From positions 30,566,001 to 30,630,000 of the forward strand of contig OX597815.1 in assembly GCA_951406725.2 (NCBI GenBank): a stretch of 64,000 bases of DNA. The letters run 5' to 3'. The notes under the pieces were generated by a model. It saw nothing but the letters and a program-made list of their open reading frames with translations, made no database searches and was not told the DNA's origin. Shown here piece by piece: positions 12,875 through 26,683 of this stretch (its first letter is position 1; the number at the start of each line of letters is the position of its first letter). Position numbers and translations under genes: made by a program. The DNA is from Octopus vulgaris. Taxonomy: Eukaryota.

Positions 12875-13582
12875 CACCACCACCACCACCACCACCACAA
12901 ACACGACGACCGCCACGACCACGACTACCATCACCACTACCAGCACCACCGCCACCACCGCCTCCACCACCACCATACTATGCCTCTGCTCTCTCCTTTT
13001 GGCTACTAAATCCATTACCATATTTCACAAGTACCATCGCCATACAATATTGCCTTCAAAAGTTTGTGTTTGGATAATATTTTTTAAGTAAAAGTTGTGC
13101 AACAACTATAACATTCGGTTGTGCAAATTATTTGCACGGGAAACCTTCCCTGTGTGGCGTGTTTCCCGATTTTGTAGAATTTGCTTTCGGGCTTTCTTAG
13201 CCATTTCTGTTTTGGTGTCTTCAAGCCATGAAGTCGTTGTTCTAAAAGAACGCTGGTCTCCTTGACAACGCTTTACGACGTTGATTTCCTTACACTCCCT
13301 TCCCCACAGCTTCACGAGGGAGGGAAGAAGGGGGAGAAGCAACACAGGTGCAGGTGTGAGACCTTTATTAAAAAAATATGCGTTAAAATGGAAAAAAATT
13401 ATGATAAATTATTTTTAAAATCGTAGACTCATCGTAGACGCGCGCTAATACCCAGACTCGATATGAATCACGACTATAAGATACCCGAATTTGGTTAAAC
13501 TGCACCGCAAAATGTGGCAGTAGTTAGGAATCTATTTCGTAGGAGACAGACACTCACACAACTTCACTTTTATATATATAGA
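11934..13582 (-). mobile_element. Composite non-autonomous Helitron
   Basis: Minus strand: 5' TC (13582), 3' CTAG (11934) preceded by hairpin CCCGAGCAACGCCGGG, inserted between A and T; second internal 5' end at 12320. Confidence 0.85.
12645..12976. repeat. Degenerate (CAC/GAC/CAA)n trinucleotide tract inside the Helitron
   Basis: Direct inspection. Confidence 0.9.
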
Positions 13583-13598
13583 TATATATATATATACG

Positions 13599-13634
<36 letters not shown>

Positions 13635-13955
13635 TTATATATATATTATGTGTGTGTATATGTTTGTGTGTCTGTGTTTGTCCCCCAACATCTCTTGACA
13701 ACCGATGGTGGTGTGTTTACGTCCCCGTAACTTAGCGGTTCGGCAAAAGACACCGATAGAATAAGTACTAGGCTTACAAAGAATAAATCTTGGGGGTCAA
13801 TTTGCTCGACTAAAGGCGGTGTTCCAGCATGGCCGCAGTCAAATGACTGAAACAAGTAAGAGATAAAAGATAAAAAGATATCAACTAAATAATCCCTATT
13901 CTTGCAATTCAGTAATGCCAAACGCATCTCTAGGGAACACGTCTCTATTTCTTTT

Positions 13956-13988
13956 ATCGTCGTCATCATCATCATCATCATCATCATC

Positions 13989-14072
<84 letters not shown>

Positions 14073-14110
14073 GTCGTGGTCGTGGTCGTGGTCGTTGTCG
14101 TCATCGTCAT
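13956..14110. repeat. (CAT)n microsatellite
   Basis: Direct inspection. Confidence 0.95.
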
Positions 14111-14719
14111 TGTCGATATCTTCATTTGGTCGGATCGTTGGAACGTCTAGAGAATGCCTTGCGGTTTTTCTTCTGGATCTTTACATTCTGAGCTCGAAAA
14201 TGACTTTCTGCGTTTTGTATCAATTAAATAAAGTACCAGTCCAATACAAAGATCGATATAATCGACTAAACCTTATTCTCAAATTTCTGGACTTGTGTTT
14301 ATGTTTGAAATTACGTAAGCTGTAAAGAACATTTATGTTAGAAAGAACAATGCTCGAAATTATGTTAGCAGTAAAGAACATTTAAGAGGGTTTCTCTCTA
14401 GAATAGCCAGAGAAGTTAAAACGGAGCAACAAACCAATGCTGTTACCGTTTCTTGGTAGCAATAGGTGAATCCCTGGAAATGCCGAAAGAAATCGCCTCG
14501 ACGTAAAAGCTGAGTCACACATCATACGATCAAAACAAGTAACATCACCACAGCTCGTAGGAAAATGACGTGTGGGTAGAATGTAAGCAATACGTACTTG
14601 TACTTATTCTGTACATATTTGTGCGTGAATTGACATATTTCAATGTAAAACTGATCTCACCCCGCTACCTTACTATGACTTTTCTGTTATTTATTTATAT
14701 TATCTCTTTTCTATCTATA

Positions 14720-15750
14720 ATTTATAATGGCATATGATAATGTCCAAATTTTATCTGTTTTTGCATCTAGAGTTACTAGATCATTTATCATACACTGAAG
14801 CATATAACTACAACTTACTAGCGGGACATCGAAAGCATTGATACTATTACATATCTGTCTCTTAAATTTAGCTCTATCTAAATATTGATATAATGTATCT
14901 ATATTTCTTGCGAAAAATTCCTTGGGTTGTACTCTGTTTAATTTCTTCCTATATATTTGTAAATTTGCGTTCGGTCTAAATGTCACATATTCCTGTCTCT
15001 ACCATACAGATCTTCCAGATTAATTTCGCAATTCATAAGGTTGTCTTAGCGCATGTTCTAACCAATAGGTTCTTCTAATAAATTCATTTACTGTCTACAT
15101 CCATGTCTCTAACTTTTATAATCTGCAACATGCAACTTAATGTCATTCATATGTAAAAGGCATGGCTCTCTGATCCCGAGTCCAACCTCTGATTTAACCT
15201 GGTTAAACGTGATTGAAAGAAGTGAGGTCTTTCTAAAAGATTCCTCTCCGTGCAGAAACAGAATATGTGTTTAGTATTCCCTCTCATTTGTGTATTCAGA
15301 ATTGTTTGGAATTTACTCATAACGTGTTTAACACATATTACTGATGCTAGCTTACTCAATGATAATTTTTCCAGGAAACAAATGTAGTTTACTCTAACAA
15401 AAATTCTCTGGTAGTCAATCTAATGACTTGTGCAAACTTTTGTGTTTGGTTATGGCTCTATCTCACAATAATTTATTCTTACAACCCTGGGATGCTTTGC
15501 ATCATCTCTTTTAACTGTATATCATCCATCTTGATATTACTGTACAAAACCGAAAGCTTCTCTTTGTTCGCCATGGTTTAGTTATGTCCCATCAGTATAT
15601 TCCTGTTTACTACTACTTTCGGTTTATACCTTATATCTTTGATTATATTCTAATTTCTCGAGCGATAATACTTTGCTGCTGATGTAAACAGTTTGCTTCT
15701 GTTTTATGATCATAGCCAACAAGATCACATAACAAGCTTTCTTGTGTATA
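14720..15750 (-). pseudogene. Decayed reverse-transcriptase region of an R4/Dong-like LINE
   Basis: LLHMNDIKLH (YMDD motif decayed) near 15150; ORF 14711-14986 KEFFAR...AKFK...INAFDVP...LDAKTDK resembles the post-RT region. Confidence 0.5.
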
Positions 15751-16149
15751 GAAAAGATTCTGTGCAAGATTGATAAGTGCTTCTTTATTTTCTTCTCTAA
15801 CGTTTACATTCGTGTAACACCTACGATATACAGTCCACTGTATATACAGTGAATATCACATTCATTTTCAAGTATATTGTGTTTATATTTTCAGTAGGCT
15901 TTTCATATTACACATTTATATATCATGGTTGGCTCTGCAAAATTTTTCGTGCCACAGTATTCATGCTTATGGGAAGTTATAAATGTTTATTTTTTTCGAT
16001 CAAAATTTTGATTTTTCTAATCTTGGAGATGAAATGTTCATACACATGCATACATACTCAAACACACATATACACACATTTTTCCTCTCGTCTATGCCTA
16101 TGTATTTGTAGGATATGTAATTTCGCAACACTTGTATTATCTTACAACC

Positions 16150-16750
16150 CCGGTTTTCCAACAAATCTGCTAAGATGGTCAGTCATACTCGACCTTTTTG
16201 TCCCCTTCTTGCATTTCTCCAGAAGAAAGGATATCTCAATAACTCCACTAAACTGCTTGAAAATGTAGGAGAGACTCAAAAGAATTGCATATTAAACGCA
16301 ATATACTATTTTAGGTTATCCATGTACAAGATTGAGAATGAGACTGATTCTTGCTCTTTCTCTCTAAGTGTCTCATTTTATTTACTGTCTACAGCCGCGT
16401 CTCTAACTTTTAAAATTGAAAGCAAAACGTATAAAATGAAATAATAACTAGAAATACCATAACTTCGGAACATCCCCGTAGATATTCATGTGAGGCACGA
16501 GTTTCAGATATGATTATGGTTCGTGACCGTAAGGACTGTCTTTCTGCTTCCTTAAAATCATTTTTATGAAGTTCATCTGTGTGAACAAAACAAAACCTTC
16601 GAGTTGATTCTGGTACGTAGTCTCGCATGGTTCAGATACGGGAAGGTACTCGTCAACTGTCCCGAAAATTGACCATGCTGTCTTTATGAACCGCATGCAT
16701 TATGTTTTATTTTGCTGATATGCAATTTTCTCCTTACGTAGTATTTTCAG
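16150..16750 (-). pseudogene. Possible decayed piggyBac transposase fragment
   Basis: TVDEYLPVSEPC / MRDYVPE resemble TVDEQL..F.GRC.FRQY.P; ETRL*TVNKMR resembles T.VGTV.KNR. Confidence 0.35.
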
Positions 16751-17629
16751 ATGATATTTTTAATGGCTTTAAACTCTCTGGTGTTGATAAAAGAAGGTTC
16801 TAGTGAAATAACAGTATCAATTTACTCTTATATCTCTTCCTCAAAATATGAGGCCTTGGGCCATGTTGTTGAAAACAATATTGTTAAGAATATTAAGTGA
16901 AATTTTGAAAATAGATTTTAAAAGAATCTCTATTTTCCTCTCTTCCTAATATATTTGACATTAAGTAGAGACATAAAAAAGTATGAAAATAAAATGAAAA
17001 ATACAAATTAAGATAATTAATGTGCTAAATAGTCGAATGCAATGTTTCTAAATTCGTTAAATCGTGAAATATTCTTTTCCAAGATGTGTTTATCGACTAA
17101 CTTAGAGAACAACTTCTTCCGGACGAAAGCTCTCATTGAAATAATTATATTAAAGCGAAAGTAAATCAAGAATAAAAAAATAACTGATTTTATTTATTTT
17201 CATAGTTTGTGTTATTTATATATTTTATTTCAGAATTTTCTACTTTTCTTATTACATTTTTCGTATTTTAAAAATCAAAATCATTGACTAGAAAAAAGCA
17301 AAACAAAACAGAATATGGTTTCTAGGACAAATGCTATGACATTGTAGTCTGGACTTAACAACTTGATCTATGAAGTATTCCGTATCGTGGTTTATGCTGC
17401 TTCTGTTTTTTTTATATGGATGTATATTATAGTTCCCACTCACATGTCAAGAATCAAAAGATAAATCATTGAAATTGTTCCCACATTCAGAAAGTAGTCT
17501 ATCCTTGCATATTACAGTCATTTTATGCACACATTCGAATAGACAACACCTACACATATATACATGTCTAGTTATACAGTATATGTAAGCTTCGGTACAC
17601 AGATATACATTTATGCTTATACACACACA

Positions 17630-17646
17630 CTTGCATGCACATACAG

Positions 17647-17690
<44 letters not shown>

Positions 17691-18152
17691 TCCTGCATAC
17701 ATACACACAAGCAAACGCACAATACACATATGCATACATTAATGTAGAAATACATCTAAAAGATACTTTTTCTTCATTCCCTATTCGTGAACATAGTTAT
17801 GATCAAGAGTTGATATTGTTTATACGCACACACAGACACATACACACACAGTGTGTATATAATGCGTATGCATATATATGTACACACACACATATATATA
17901 TTGTGTATATAAGGTATAGCTATCTTTCTATGTATGTATGTATGTATGTTTGTATGTATGTATCTATCTTTCTATCTATCTATCTATCTATCTATCTATA
18001 TATATATATATACACAAACACACATATATATATATTTATATAGTGTATGTGGTATATATACTTTATGTATGTACATGTGTATGTATGCGTGTATATATAT
18101 ATGCATATATATATGTATATATATATATGTATATATGTGTATATATATGTAC

Positions 18153-18199
<47 letters not shown>

Positions 18200-18292
18200 C
18201 ATATGTATGTGTGTATGTATGAATGAGCGAGTGAGTGAGTGAGTGAGTATGTGTGTGTGAATGTGTGTGTGTGTGTGTTTGTGTGTATGTGT
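17630..18292. repeat. Compound microsatellite region (CA, TATC, TA, GAGT, TG)
   Basis: Direct inspection. Confidence 0.9.
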
Positions 18293-18944
18293 AGACTATT
18301 CACCCGTTAGTGACCTGCTGAAGAGATAGCTTTTCATGTGGTGATTCAAAGGAAGTGTTTTACAACGGTTTTGCTCTGCGCGTTTCCCAGCACCACTGAA
18401 GAATTTGACGTCAATACTGCCCGCGGTTTTGAATTCTGAAATACTGCGGCGCATAAGAGCTCTATATTTAGGTGAACTTGACTGTTCATAGCTAAGTGTT
18501 TTGATCTCTCAAACTTTTGTTAGGTGATGAAAACATTTTCCATTCTTATATGCACGGTCATATATTTCACGGCCTATATTTTCATTTATATAGAAATATA
18601 AGCAGACACATATATACACATACATAAATATATATTATGATTTCCAATCGTAGTACTAGTAGTATGAGCTAAGTATAAAATTTTCAATATGTCTGATAAA
18701 GAAAATGTAATTATTGATGCTAAAAAAATAATTTTTCTAATACTGAAAGTAAGAATAACATCGTTTTGGTGTTTACCAACCACAAATATTAACAAATGAC
18801 ATATGATAAAACACCATTTACGAGAAGGACTTCAAGTGGGAAATTAGCAAAAATTTATATAAAAAAATATCAAAACATACACACTAACTTTGTATTGAGT
18901 TCCACTTATAAATAAAGTAATTCACTTCGATTGAACCAATTTCG

Positions 18945-18982
18945 GCGGCAACGGAGTGACTGAGTGGTAAGAAGCTTGCTTT
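18945..18982 (+). mobile_element. Truncated head of SINE family D
   Basis: ggagtgactgagtggtaagaagcttgctt matches the head of the 35372 copy. Confidence 0.6.
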
Positions 18983-19485
18983 CGGTTCAGGTCGTTAGCG
19001 TTCTTCAATGTACCATTGAAGTCGCCACGCTGGTGTGCAGCGAACGAAAGTTGTATTGAAAGACGCTCTACTGTAGGGTTAGAATTTTTGCTTTTTGAGT
19101 CCAGTGGGATTGTTCGTAAGATTTATTTTTTGTACAAGCAAGGGGTTGTCACTGAATGTTGAGCTTTTGGTCTGCATGCGGTAGAGACGTGTGTTTTTCT
19201 CACTTAGCGGTGAGAACTGCTGTCTGGGGGGGTGTTTCGCCTCCAAATTAATTTAATTTCAGAGCTGAATTATTCTCAACTATTTGCAAGAACTGTGTTT
19301 GTCTGCCTGCGTGGAAAATATTTTGAAAACAATTTCAAGGAATTACACAAGGATTGAAAAAAGCTACGAAGGCCAAAAAAAAAATTGTCTTTGCTGTAAT
19401 TTGAACTCTCGTTCTCTTCGTCTGTCGTTTATTTGAAAACAAAAACTGTATTGAACGGTTTATTTATATTTTTTCTTCCCTTCTG

Positions 19486-19986
19486 TTGAGTCTTTCTTTT
19501 TGTTTTTCTTTCTGTATTATTTTAAAATTTTGTGGACTATATTTGGAACTTCTTTTACAGATAGCAAGGAATAAATTTGTTAAATGGGAGTTGACACCTC
19601 CAAAAACATGGCTTCAGGAGTTTGAAAGGAAGGCGGTGGTGTTGAGGACTTACTCCAAGTCCCTCGGCACCATAGCCGTCTTCCCGAAAAAGATAATTGA
19701 AAAAGAGCTGGCAGACTATATGCCAGCTATTAAATACATCTCACGGGGGATCAAATATGCAACGGTGTGGTTGCTATTTGACTCACCCAAAGAAGCTTGC
19801 GAATTCGCAAGCCAGCCCCTGGAGGGCAGTGAGATTTTGTTCCTTCCCACTTATTGTGGGAAGAAGTTGACGAGGGCTTGGGTCTGCGGTTTGCCACCCA
19901 GAATTGAGCCCGAGTGGATAGAGGATTCTATCCGCCGGGGTCTGGGTGACATCAGTACTAAGCTACTCAATGTAAAAAATTTATAG
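19486..19986 (+). pseudogene. L1/Tx1-type ORF1 fragment (open frame, 3' truncated); putative 5' UTR from about 18983
   Basis: YISRGIKYATVWLLF...EILFLPTYCGKKLTRAWVCGLPP is homologous to 31967-32203, which continues into a CCHC knuckle. Confidence 0.65.
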
Positions 19987-20918
19987 ATGTGTGTGCGTGT
20001 GTGTGTATTCATATTTACTTATTTATTCATTTATTTATTCATATTTATATTTATACATATCCATAGAACGCAAGTTCCACTCTATGTGGCATATCATCCT
20101 GCTGAGAGCATTCACCATATTCCTTCAAATCATGCGTTAGCTTCTGAAAACTTGATATCTCAGACTTCATTGGTCTGAGATAACATAGTATTAGACACTC
20201 GATGCCTGAAACCAAAACATGGGTTGGTTTTGGTTGGAAAGTTTCTCGTCAAAGGCTTGTTCAATCAACTCTCATTTCTGGAAACTAATCAACTTGTACT
20301 TGTCAAGGAAATGAATAAATGGATGGCTTTTAAACGGTGTCTCTTCACTTAGTTAAATTGTTATGCGGTGATTTCACTTGACTACATACAAAGCCAGTTT
20401 GGTATTTAATATGATGTAGTAGTTGAAACAGTCTTCATTACTGCAGTATACTTCTTCGTATAGCTGATAGCGGCCACTGCCCACCCAGCCATCGCCTTTA
20501 GAGGCTATAAATGAAATTATTTATGATTCGAAGTTTATCTTGCGAATTCGAAATTTACAAACTCTGGTGTCTCAAATAGTGTTTAAATAGTCACGAAAAT
20601 CTTAGCGTAAGCATTTAGCTTGGCGTCATGGCGGCTGTAAGTAATCAAGGAATCTGAGGAATCTGGAAATGGTAAATAAGACAAGAAGATAAAACATGCT
20701 GATTTAGAGTAAGACAATATCCGAACCAAGAAAAAAGAAAGAAAGAAAGAAATAATTAAATATATTAAAAGAAGACTATAAGAATAAATACAAAAATATA
20801 AAGAAATGATATAAAGAAAAAAAAAAGACCACAATAGAAACGAAATCTTAAAAGTTCTTTTGTTAAATAATTCAAGAAATGATAATAATAATGATATCGT
20901 TAACAACGACAATATTTT

Positions 20919-21144
<226 letters not shown>

Positions 21145-21804
21145 TTTAAAAGTAGTTGTAGTAGCGGCAACAGCAGCAGCTTACAGCTTCTCTTCATGTT
21201 TCTTGGAATGTCCTGGACGATATTTAATGGTTTTCTCTCTCTCTCTCTCTCTCTATTTTATTTCTTATATATTATTTATTTACCCATTGTTTTCATGATA
21301 TAATTTCAGAAAACAGACACATATGTAGCATGCTGTTTATAATGATCTTTTTTGTTTTAAACAAAGAAAATGACATCAACTTACTTTCTATTTTCTTTCG
21401 TTTCCGTTTGTCGTCTAATCATCATTTTTGTTTGTTTTTTGATGTCTCTCGTTATTATTGTTATCTTTGTTGTTGTCGGTAGTTTATGCTCTTGTGGTTG
21501 TTTTCGTATAATTTATTTCTTGAAAAAAAAAAAAATCTGTTATTGCTTCTGTTGAATTGTTAAAGTCGTTAATACTAAAATCGCTCTGGTTGCAATTTTT
21601 TACTTCATTTATTTGGATTGGGTGAATTGTTAGGGATTTGGAAGTAAAAAAAATGCCGTTATTCTGATTCTCTAGTATTTAAGTTCTAATTGCGTCGGAA
21701 TCAGCTCCGCCTTTTATCAGTTTGGTGTTGGTATAAGTAACATTTCATCTAAGACTGGAGTTCATTGTATCGACAAAGACTCTTCTCCAAACTTTACTGG
21801 TCGT

Positions 21805-22090
21805 AGAGGTACAGTGTTTAGGATGTTGTACATAATACCGCGAGATTGTGGTTTTGATTGACAGACAGAGTGCAGGTTGTGTTCTTAAGCAAATACTTCA
21901 TTTCATGTTGCTTTGGTCCACTCACCTGGAAATAGGTAACCTTGCAACAGATTGACGTACAAGGGTGAGATGATGACTCAGGAAAATCGCCCGAGCACAA
22001 GTTTCGTGACCCGCTTTGTATTCAGCGATCGAAATGATGATAGTACAAGCCGTACCGCGAATTGTGCCAGGTTGGGATTGATTGTTCAAG
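21805..22090 (+). mobile_element. Old CORE-like SINE with tail W
   Basis: gttgtgttcttaagcaaatacttcatttc...; tail gtacaagggtgagatgatgactcaggaaaatc shared with 26203-26515. Confidence 0.65.
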
Positions 22091-22139
22091 TATGTCGTAG
22101 CTCCAAAAGTTTCTGCCTAAACTAGAGACAATTAAGGCA

Positions 22140-22580
22140 ACTATCCAGTAGGATTATTTGAGGGTAAGAAAATTTGCCTTGCCGAAGTTGTTTGAATTCT
22201 TCACATTCCGGTAAAAGATATTGCGTGCTAAATTTCATTAAATGGTGTGAGATAGATGCCTTCTATGGTCAAGCTGGCATCAACGTTTTCAAGTTTCAGA
22301 TGAAAAGGAAATAGAGACTGGAGAAGGAAGTGATGCTTCACAGAAAAGTGAGTGGTGAGCATGTTCCGAGTGAGCTAGACTCCTATGAATATGCACGTGT
22401 ATGTTAGAGAGGATAGCTGGGCAAGGGAGCTTTGCTTTAGCGGTTCAGGTGTTCATGGTTCGTGTGTATTTATGTGCGGGTATGAGTGGTTCCATGTGTA
22501 ACACTCGGATGTCTCTCCTCCCTTTGGAAGAATTTTTCTTTGAAATTGTTTTCTTTTTGTTTTGATTTTAATATCCCATT
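22140..22580 (+). pseudogene. Possible L1/Tx1 ORF2 extreme C-terminus and 3' UTR
   Basis: FYGQAGINVFKFQMKRK*RLEKEV resembles Tx1-type ORF2 C-termini as recalled; T-rich 3' region follows. Confidence 0.4.
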
Positions 22581-22681
22581 TTTTATATGTTCATTTTTTT
22601 TATTGAAATACCACAATAAATAGCCCTGTAACGTCTTCAATATTTTGTCGACCATTTGTAGCTAATAGAGAAATTATCCTT

Positions 22682-22714
<33 letters not shown>

Positions 22715-22789
22715 GTCATCGTCGTCGTTGTCATTGTCGTCGTCATCATCATCATTATTAAGCTATTGCATGCTAATTTAATTAGCAAG

Positions 22790-24140
22790 GACGAGTCTCC
22801 TCAAATCTCAATAATCTTTTTTTAGGATTTTTACAGAATACCGGATGGCATTTTCTTCAAGTGGACAATAAAAGACTCAATTCTAATCTCTTTCAGTCTT
22901 TTCGGTAGCAGTTTGGATGTTGTGCCAAGTGCACCAATAATGACAGCAGGAATAATTATTGTCTTAGTCTTCCACAGTCTCTTCAGCTCTCTCGCTAGGT
23001 CCTGATAATTCTTAATTTAAATTTGTTTTGGTATCCACTCTGTTATCTTAGGGAAATGCAAAGTATGGGATCTAATACTGTTTGTTTACGTTGCTCTCTA
23101 TAATCATATCTGGTTTTCTTCTTTTTATAATGAAGTCAGTCCTTATGGGAAAGTCCCATAAGATCTTCTAATTATTACTCTATGCCACAACCTCTGGTTC
23201 GTATTCTTATATTTTCCTGTTTTTCTTTGTTGTGGAAGCTACACACTCTGACAGCATCCTCGTGCACTGTTTTACGCATACATTGTTGCCTGCTTAAATA
23301 GTTGCTTGTTTAAATAGATGTTTGCACAAGGCCCGAAATTTTGGGGGAGGGGATCAGTCAATTAGAACGACCATAGTACGCAACTGGTACTTAATTTATC
23401 GATCCCCGGAAGGATGAAAGGCAAAGTCGACCTTGGCAGAATTTGAACTCAGAACGTAAAGAAAGACGAAATACCTATTTCTTTACTACCCACAAGGGGC
23501 TAAACACAGAGAGGACAAACAAGGACAGACAAAATGATTAAGTCGATTATATCGACCCCAGTGCGTAACTGGTACTTAATTTATCGACCCCGAAAGGATG
23601 AAAGGCAAGGTCGACCTCGGCGGAATTTGAACTCAGAACGTAGCGGCAGACGAAATACTGCTAAGCATTTCGCCCGGCGTGCTAACGTTTCTGACAGCTC
23701 GCCGCCTTGCGCTGTAACAATATTGAATTAAACCATATCGCTAGCAGAAAAAAAGGGTGTCATATATTTGTTAGTATATTATGGTTGCTAAACGAAATGC
23801 GGTGTTCCTACCAGCGATTAGTCTAAATCTGCCGTTTAACTGAGTTTTGTTGATCTTTGCTTTTATTAGATTCGTCATACTTACTTGTTCTTGAAACATT
23901 ATAATCAGCACTTCGGTCTTTCGTTTAAGGATTTTGCCCGTCTGCTATAGCCAGCGTCTGCTATTTCAACATACTCGGTTTGTTGCATGAATTGGTCATG
24001 TAAATTCATTTCCTTTCATCTACTTGCTCTCTTGATTTTCCTTCTGTTCTTGAATTATCTTACTTTCTTTGAATTATCTTGCTGTCTCTAGATGCCGATT
24101 GTAATCTTTCTTCACATTGCACAACATAATTTTGCAGCCT
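22790..24140 (-). pseudogene. R4/Dong-clade LINE C-terminal restriction-like endonuclease remnant, interrupted by SINEs
   Basis: ILWDFPIRTDFIIKRRKPDMI and NYQDLARELKRLWKTKTIIIPAVIIGALGT. Confidence 0.75.
23321..23706 (-). mobile_element. SINE family E partial tandem dimer (Deu/Nin-like central domain)
   Basis: ggcggcgagctg...gagttcaaattcc (B-box-like), gcctttcatcctttcggggtcgataaattaagtaccag resembles the Deu/Nin domain as recalled. Confidence 0.85.
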
Positions 24141-24274
24141 CAGCGTCTCAATCGTCATCATCATCATAATCATCATCATCATCAAAATCAACCACGCCAT
24201 CATCATCATCATCAAAATCAATCACGTCATCAAAATCATCATCAAAATCATCATCAAAATCATCATCATCATTG

Positions 24275-25125
24275 CCGATCGGGTAGAATAGTTAGCACGC
24301 CGAGCAAAATGCTTAACAGCATTTCGCCTGTCTTCAAGTTCTGTGTTCAAATTCCGCCGACATCCACTTTACCTTTCCTCCTTTCGGGGTAGATAAATTA
24401 ATTACCAGTGAAAAACTGAGGTCGATGTAATCCACTAGTCCCTGCCGCTGATTGGTTAAAAATTTTACAGACTGGGGTATGTAAAGTAAACACTATCCAC
24501 AGGTACGTTGTTGTGCTGAAGTTTGAAATCTCTCATTATTAACGAGCAGAAAAAAAAGCGTCGAACTGGCCGAACCGTTTGCACACCAGGCAAAATACTT
24601 AGCAGCATATCGTCTCTCTTAATGCTCTGAGTTCAAATTCCGTCAAGTTGAGCAACGGAGTAGATATAATCGACTTACCCCACGCCCGACGTTTCTGACT
24701 TTGTGTCAAATTTTGAAACCATTATTAACAAGTGCACGGCGATGAGCTGGCAAAATCGTTACAGAGCCGCACAAAGTATTTAACGTCATGTCTTCCGGTT
24801 CTTCACTTCCTGAGTTCAAACATCATCGAGGTTAACTTTGCCTTCATTATACATTCAGGGTTGATAACATAATGTACCAATCAAGTAGTCGATACAAACA
24901 ACTAACCCATTTTGCTTAATTTTGCCTTCAGGCAAAATTTGAAACAAATAAGCATAAATTGACGGAATCGTTTGAGCATCTGGCAAAATGCTTCTCCTTA
25001 TTTCTTTCCGCTCCTTAATTTCTGAGCACAAATGCTCCCTAAGTCAACTTTATCTTTTATTCCTCAAGTGGTTGAACCGTTGATATCAATTAATCAAATT
25101 CCCCAATTTTCAGACCGTGTATCTA
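24275..25125 (+). mobile_element. Head-to-tail array of about four diverged family E copies
   Basis: Repeated ctg(a/t)gttcaaa-like motif near 24341, 24627, 24811 and 25022. Confidence 0.7.
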
Positions 25126-25974
25126 ATTCAGAATCAATTAAGTGTATGTTTACGTCTTTCCCTCATTATATCTCGGAGTACTTATGATATATATTATATA
25201 TTGATAAAGAATAACATGCCCACACCTATATGCGAGATTACTTTTCCTATAAGTCTCCTATTGCTGTGTTCACTTGTATTATCTTTAGCCATGTGTGTAC
25301 ATACATGAATAATTCATGTTTACGCATTAAAGTGTACATTTTCATATGTCCTTGTGAAAGCTACATTCTACCTACAGACGTGCACATGATATATGCGTGT
25401 ATGAAATTTATGAATATAACCATTATGATTGTTTGCCATGATTGCAAGAAGATAAAAATTGTTTTTATTGTTTAATGACTAAAGTTTGTTAAAATTCAGA
25501 CGACAGTAATCCGGTTTAAATAAAACCGTTTAAACATTTATAACACGTTTTATCTTTCACTCAAGTTGCATTTTTTTTTAGACATTAAAGTTTATAATCT
25601 CGAGCAGTTCTTTAGTCTCCTAAATCTGCAAGGCGCCTCTAGTTAAATATATGACATTATTAGTAATGTAAAAATATAGCAAAAAATCTTAGAAATAACA
25701 AAAAAAAAAACTCCAACAAATATGGTCCATTATTTGCTAAAGAACTGCTCCAAAATATATCTTATTTCTTAGACAAAAGAGGATATAATTTCTTAATACA
25801 TGAAGTGTATAAGAACGAACAAACACTAGAACATCAAGTATGTAAATTTATACATGCTGCACAGGTACTCACGGACACGTAAGCAAAAGCAAATAAAATA
25901 CGGACACATATACAAACACAAACCCGCACACGAAAACACACACACACACACACACACATGAACACATATGGGTC

Positions 25975-26135
25975 ATGTGTTGATTTCGACGAAGTGTGAT
26001 CAGTTGTTCAGTCAACAGGATGACCTGCTCTTTAAATAAATGTCTGAAGTGACTGAGTATTCCAGAGGCATGTATAATCTTAATATAGTTCTCAGGAATG
26101 TTCACATTGACACATTGTATGATACGACTGGTGTT
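25975..26135 (-). mobile_element. Diverged SINE tail X remnant
   Basis: Reverse complement matches 2270-2420 (tgaatatccccgagaactacgttaag...). Confidence 0.6.
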
Positions 26136-26202
26136 TTGAACTACTGGTACAGAATATTTGTCGAGTTTCAAACAGTTTCCATCTACTCGGGTCGTGTCGA
26201 CG

Positions 26203-26515
26203 TGAGGCTAAGATATAAGTGACATGCCTACCATGTTACGCTGTGGGAAGGAATCTCGAGATTACGAAGTAAAATTCTTAAGCATAGTGCGCGTTGTGTT
26301 CTTGAGCAAAACACTCCATTTCACGTTACCCAGGCAACTCACCTGCAAATGGGTAATCTTGCGTTGGATTAGCGTACAAGGGCGTGATGGTGACTCAGGA
26401 AAATCACCTGAACGGAGATCCCACGAGCCACGTTTTGTATTGAGCGATCGAAAAGATGAATCGTACATTCCATACTGTGAATCGCAAATGATTGGGATTG
26501 GCTGTTCAAACACAC
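26203..26515 (+). mobile_element. Old CORE-like SINE with tail W
   Basis: gcgcgttgtgttcttgagcaaaacactccatttcacgtt plus tail homologous to 21950-22090. Confidence 0.65.
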
Positions 26516-26683
26516 CGAACATCAAGTGTTAGAGTGAAATAGATGGCAGTGAAATTGACTTACAAGAAGGATGGAAATTTATCGGGAAGTTAGTTTACTG
26601 TTATAAAACGAACGAATGGGTATAGGTAATAAAAATATGATGTAGATTGAATTATATGTTTCTTTAGATTGAATTATATGTTT

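Larger units (their letters stand above)
11752..13880 (+). mobile_element. SINE family D split by a Helitron in its internal (TA)n
   Basis: 5' half 11752-11900 and 3' half about 13650-13880 match the intact copy at 35372-35803. Confidence 0.88.

Noticed and set aside
12274-13077. His/Pro-rich ORFs of up to 196 aa
   Set aside because: They are translations of a CAC/GAC trinucleotide tract inside a Helitron
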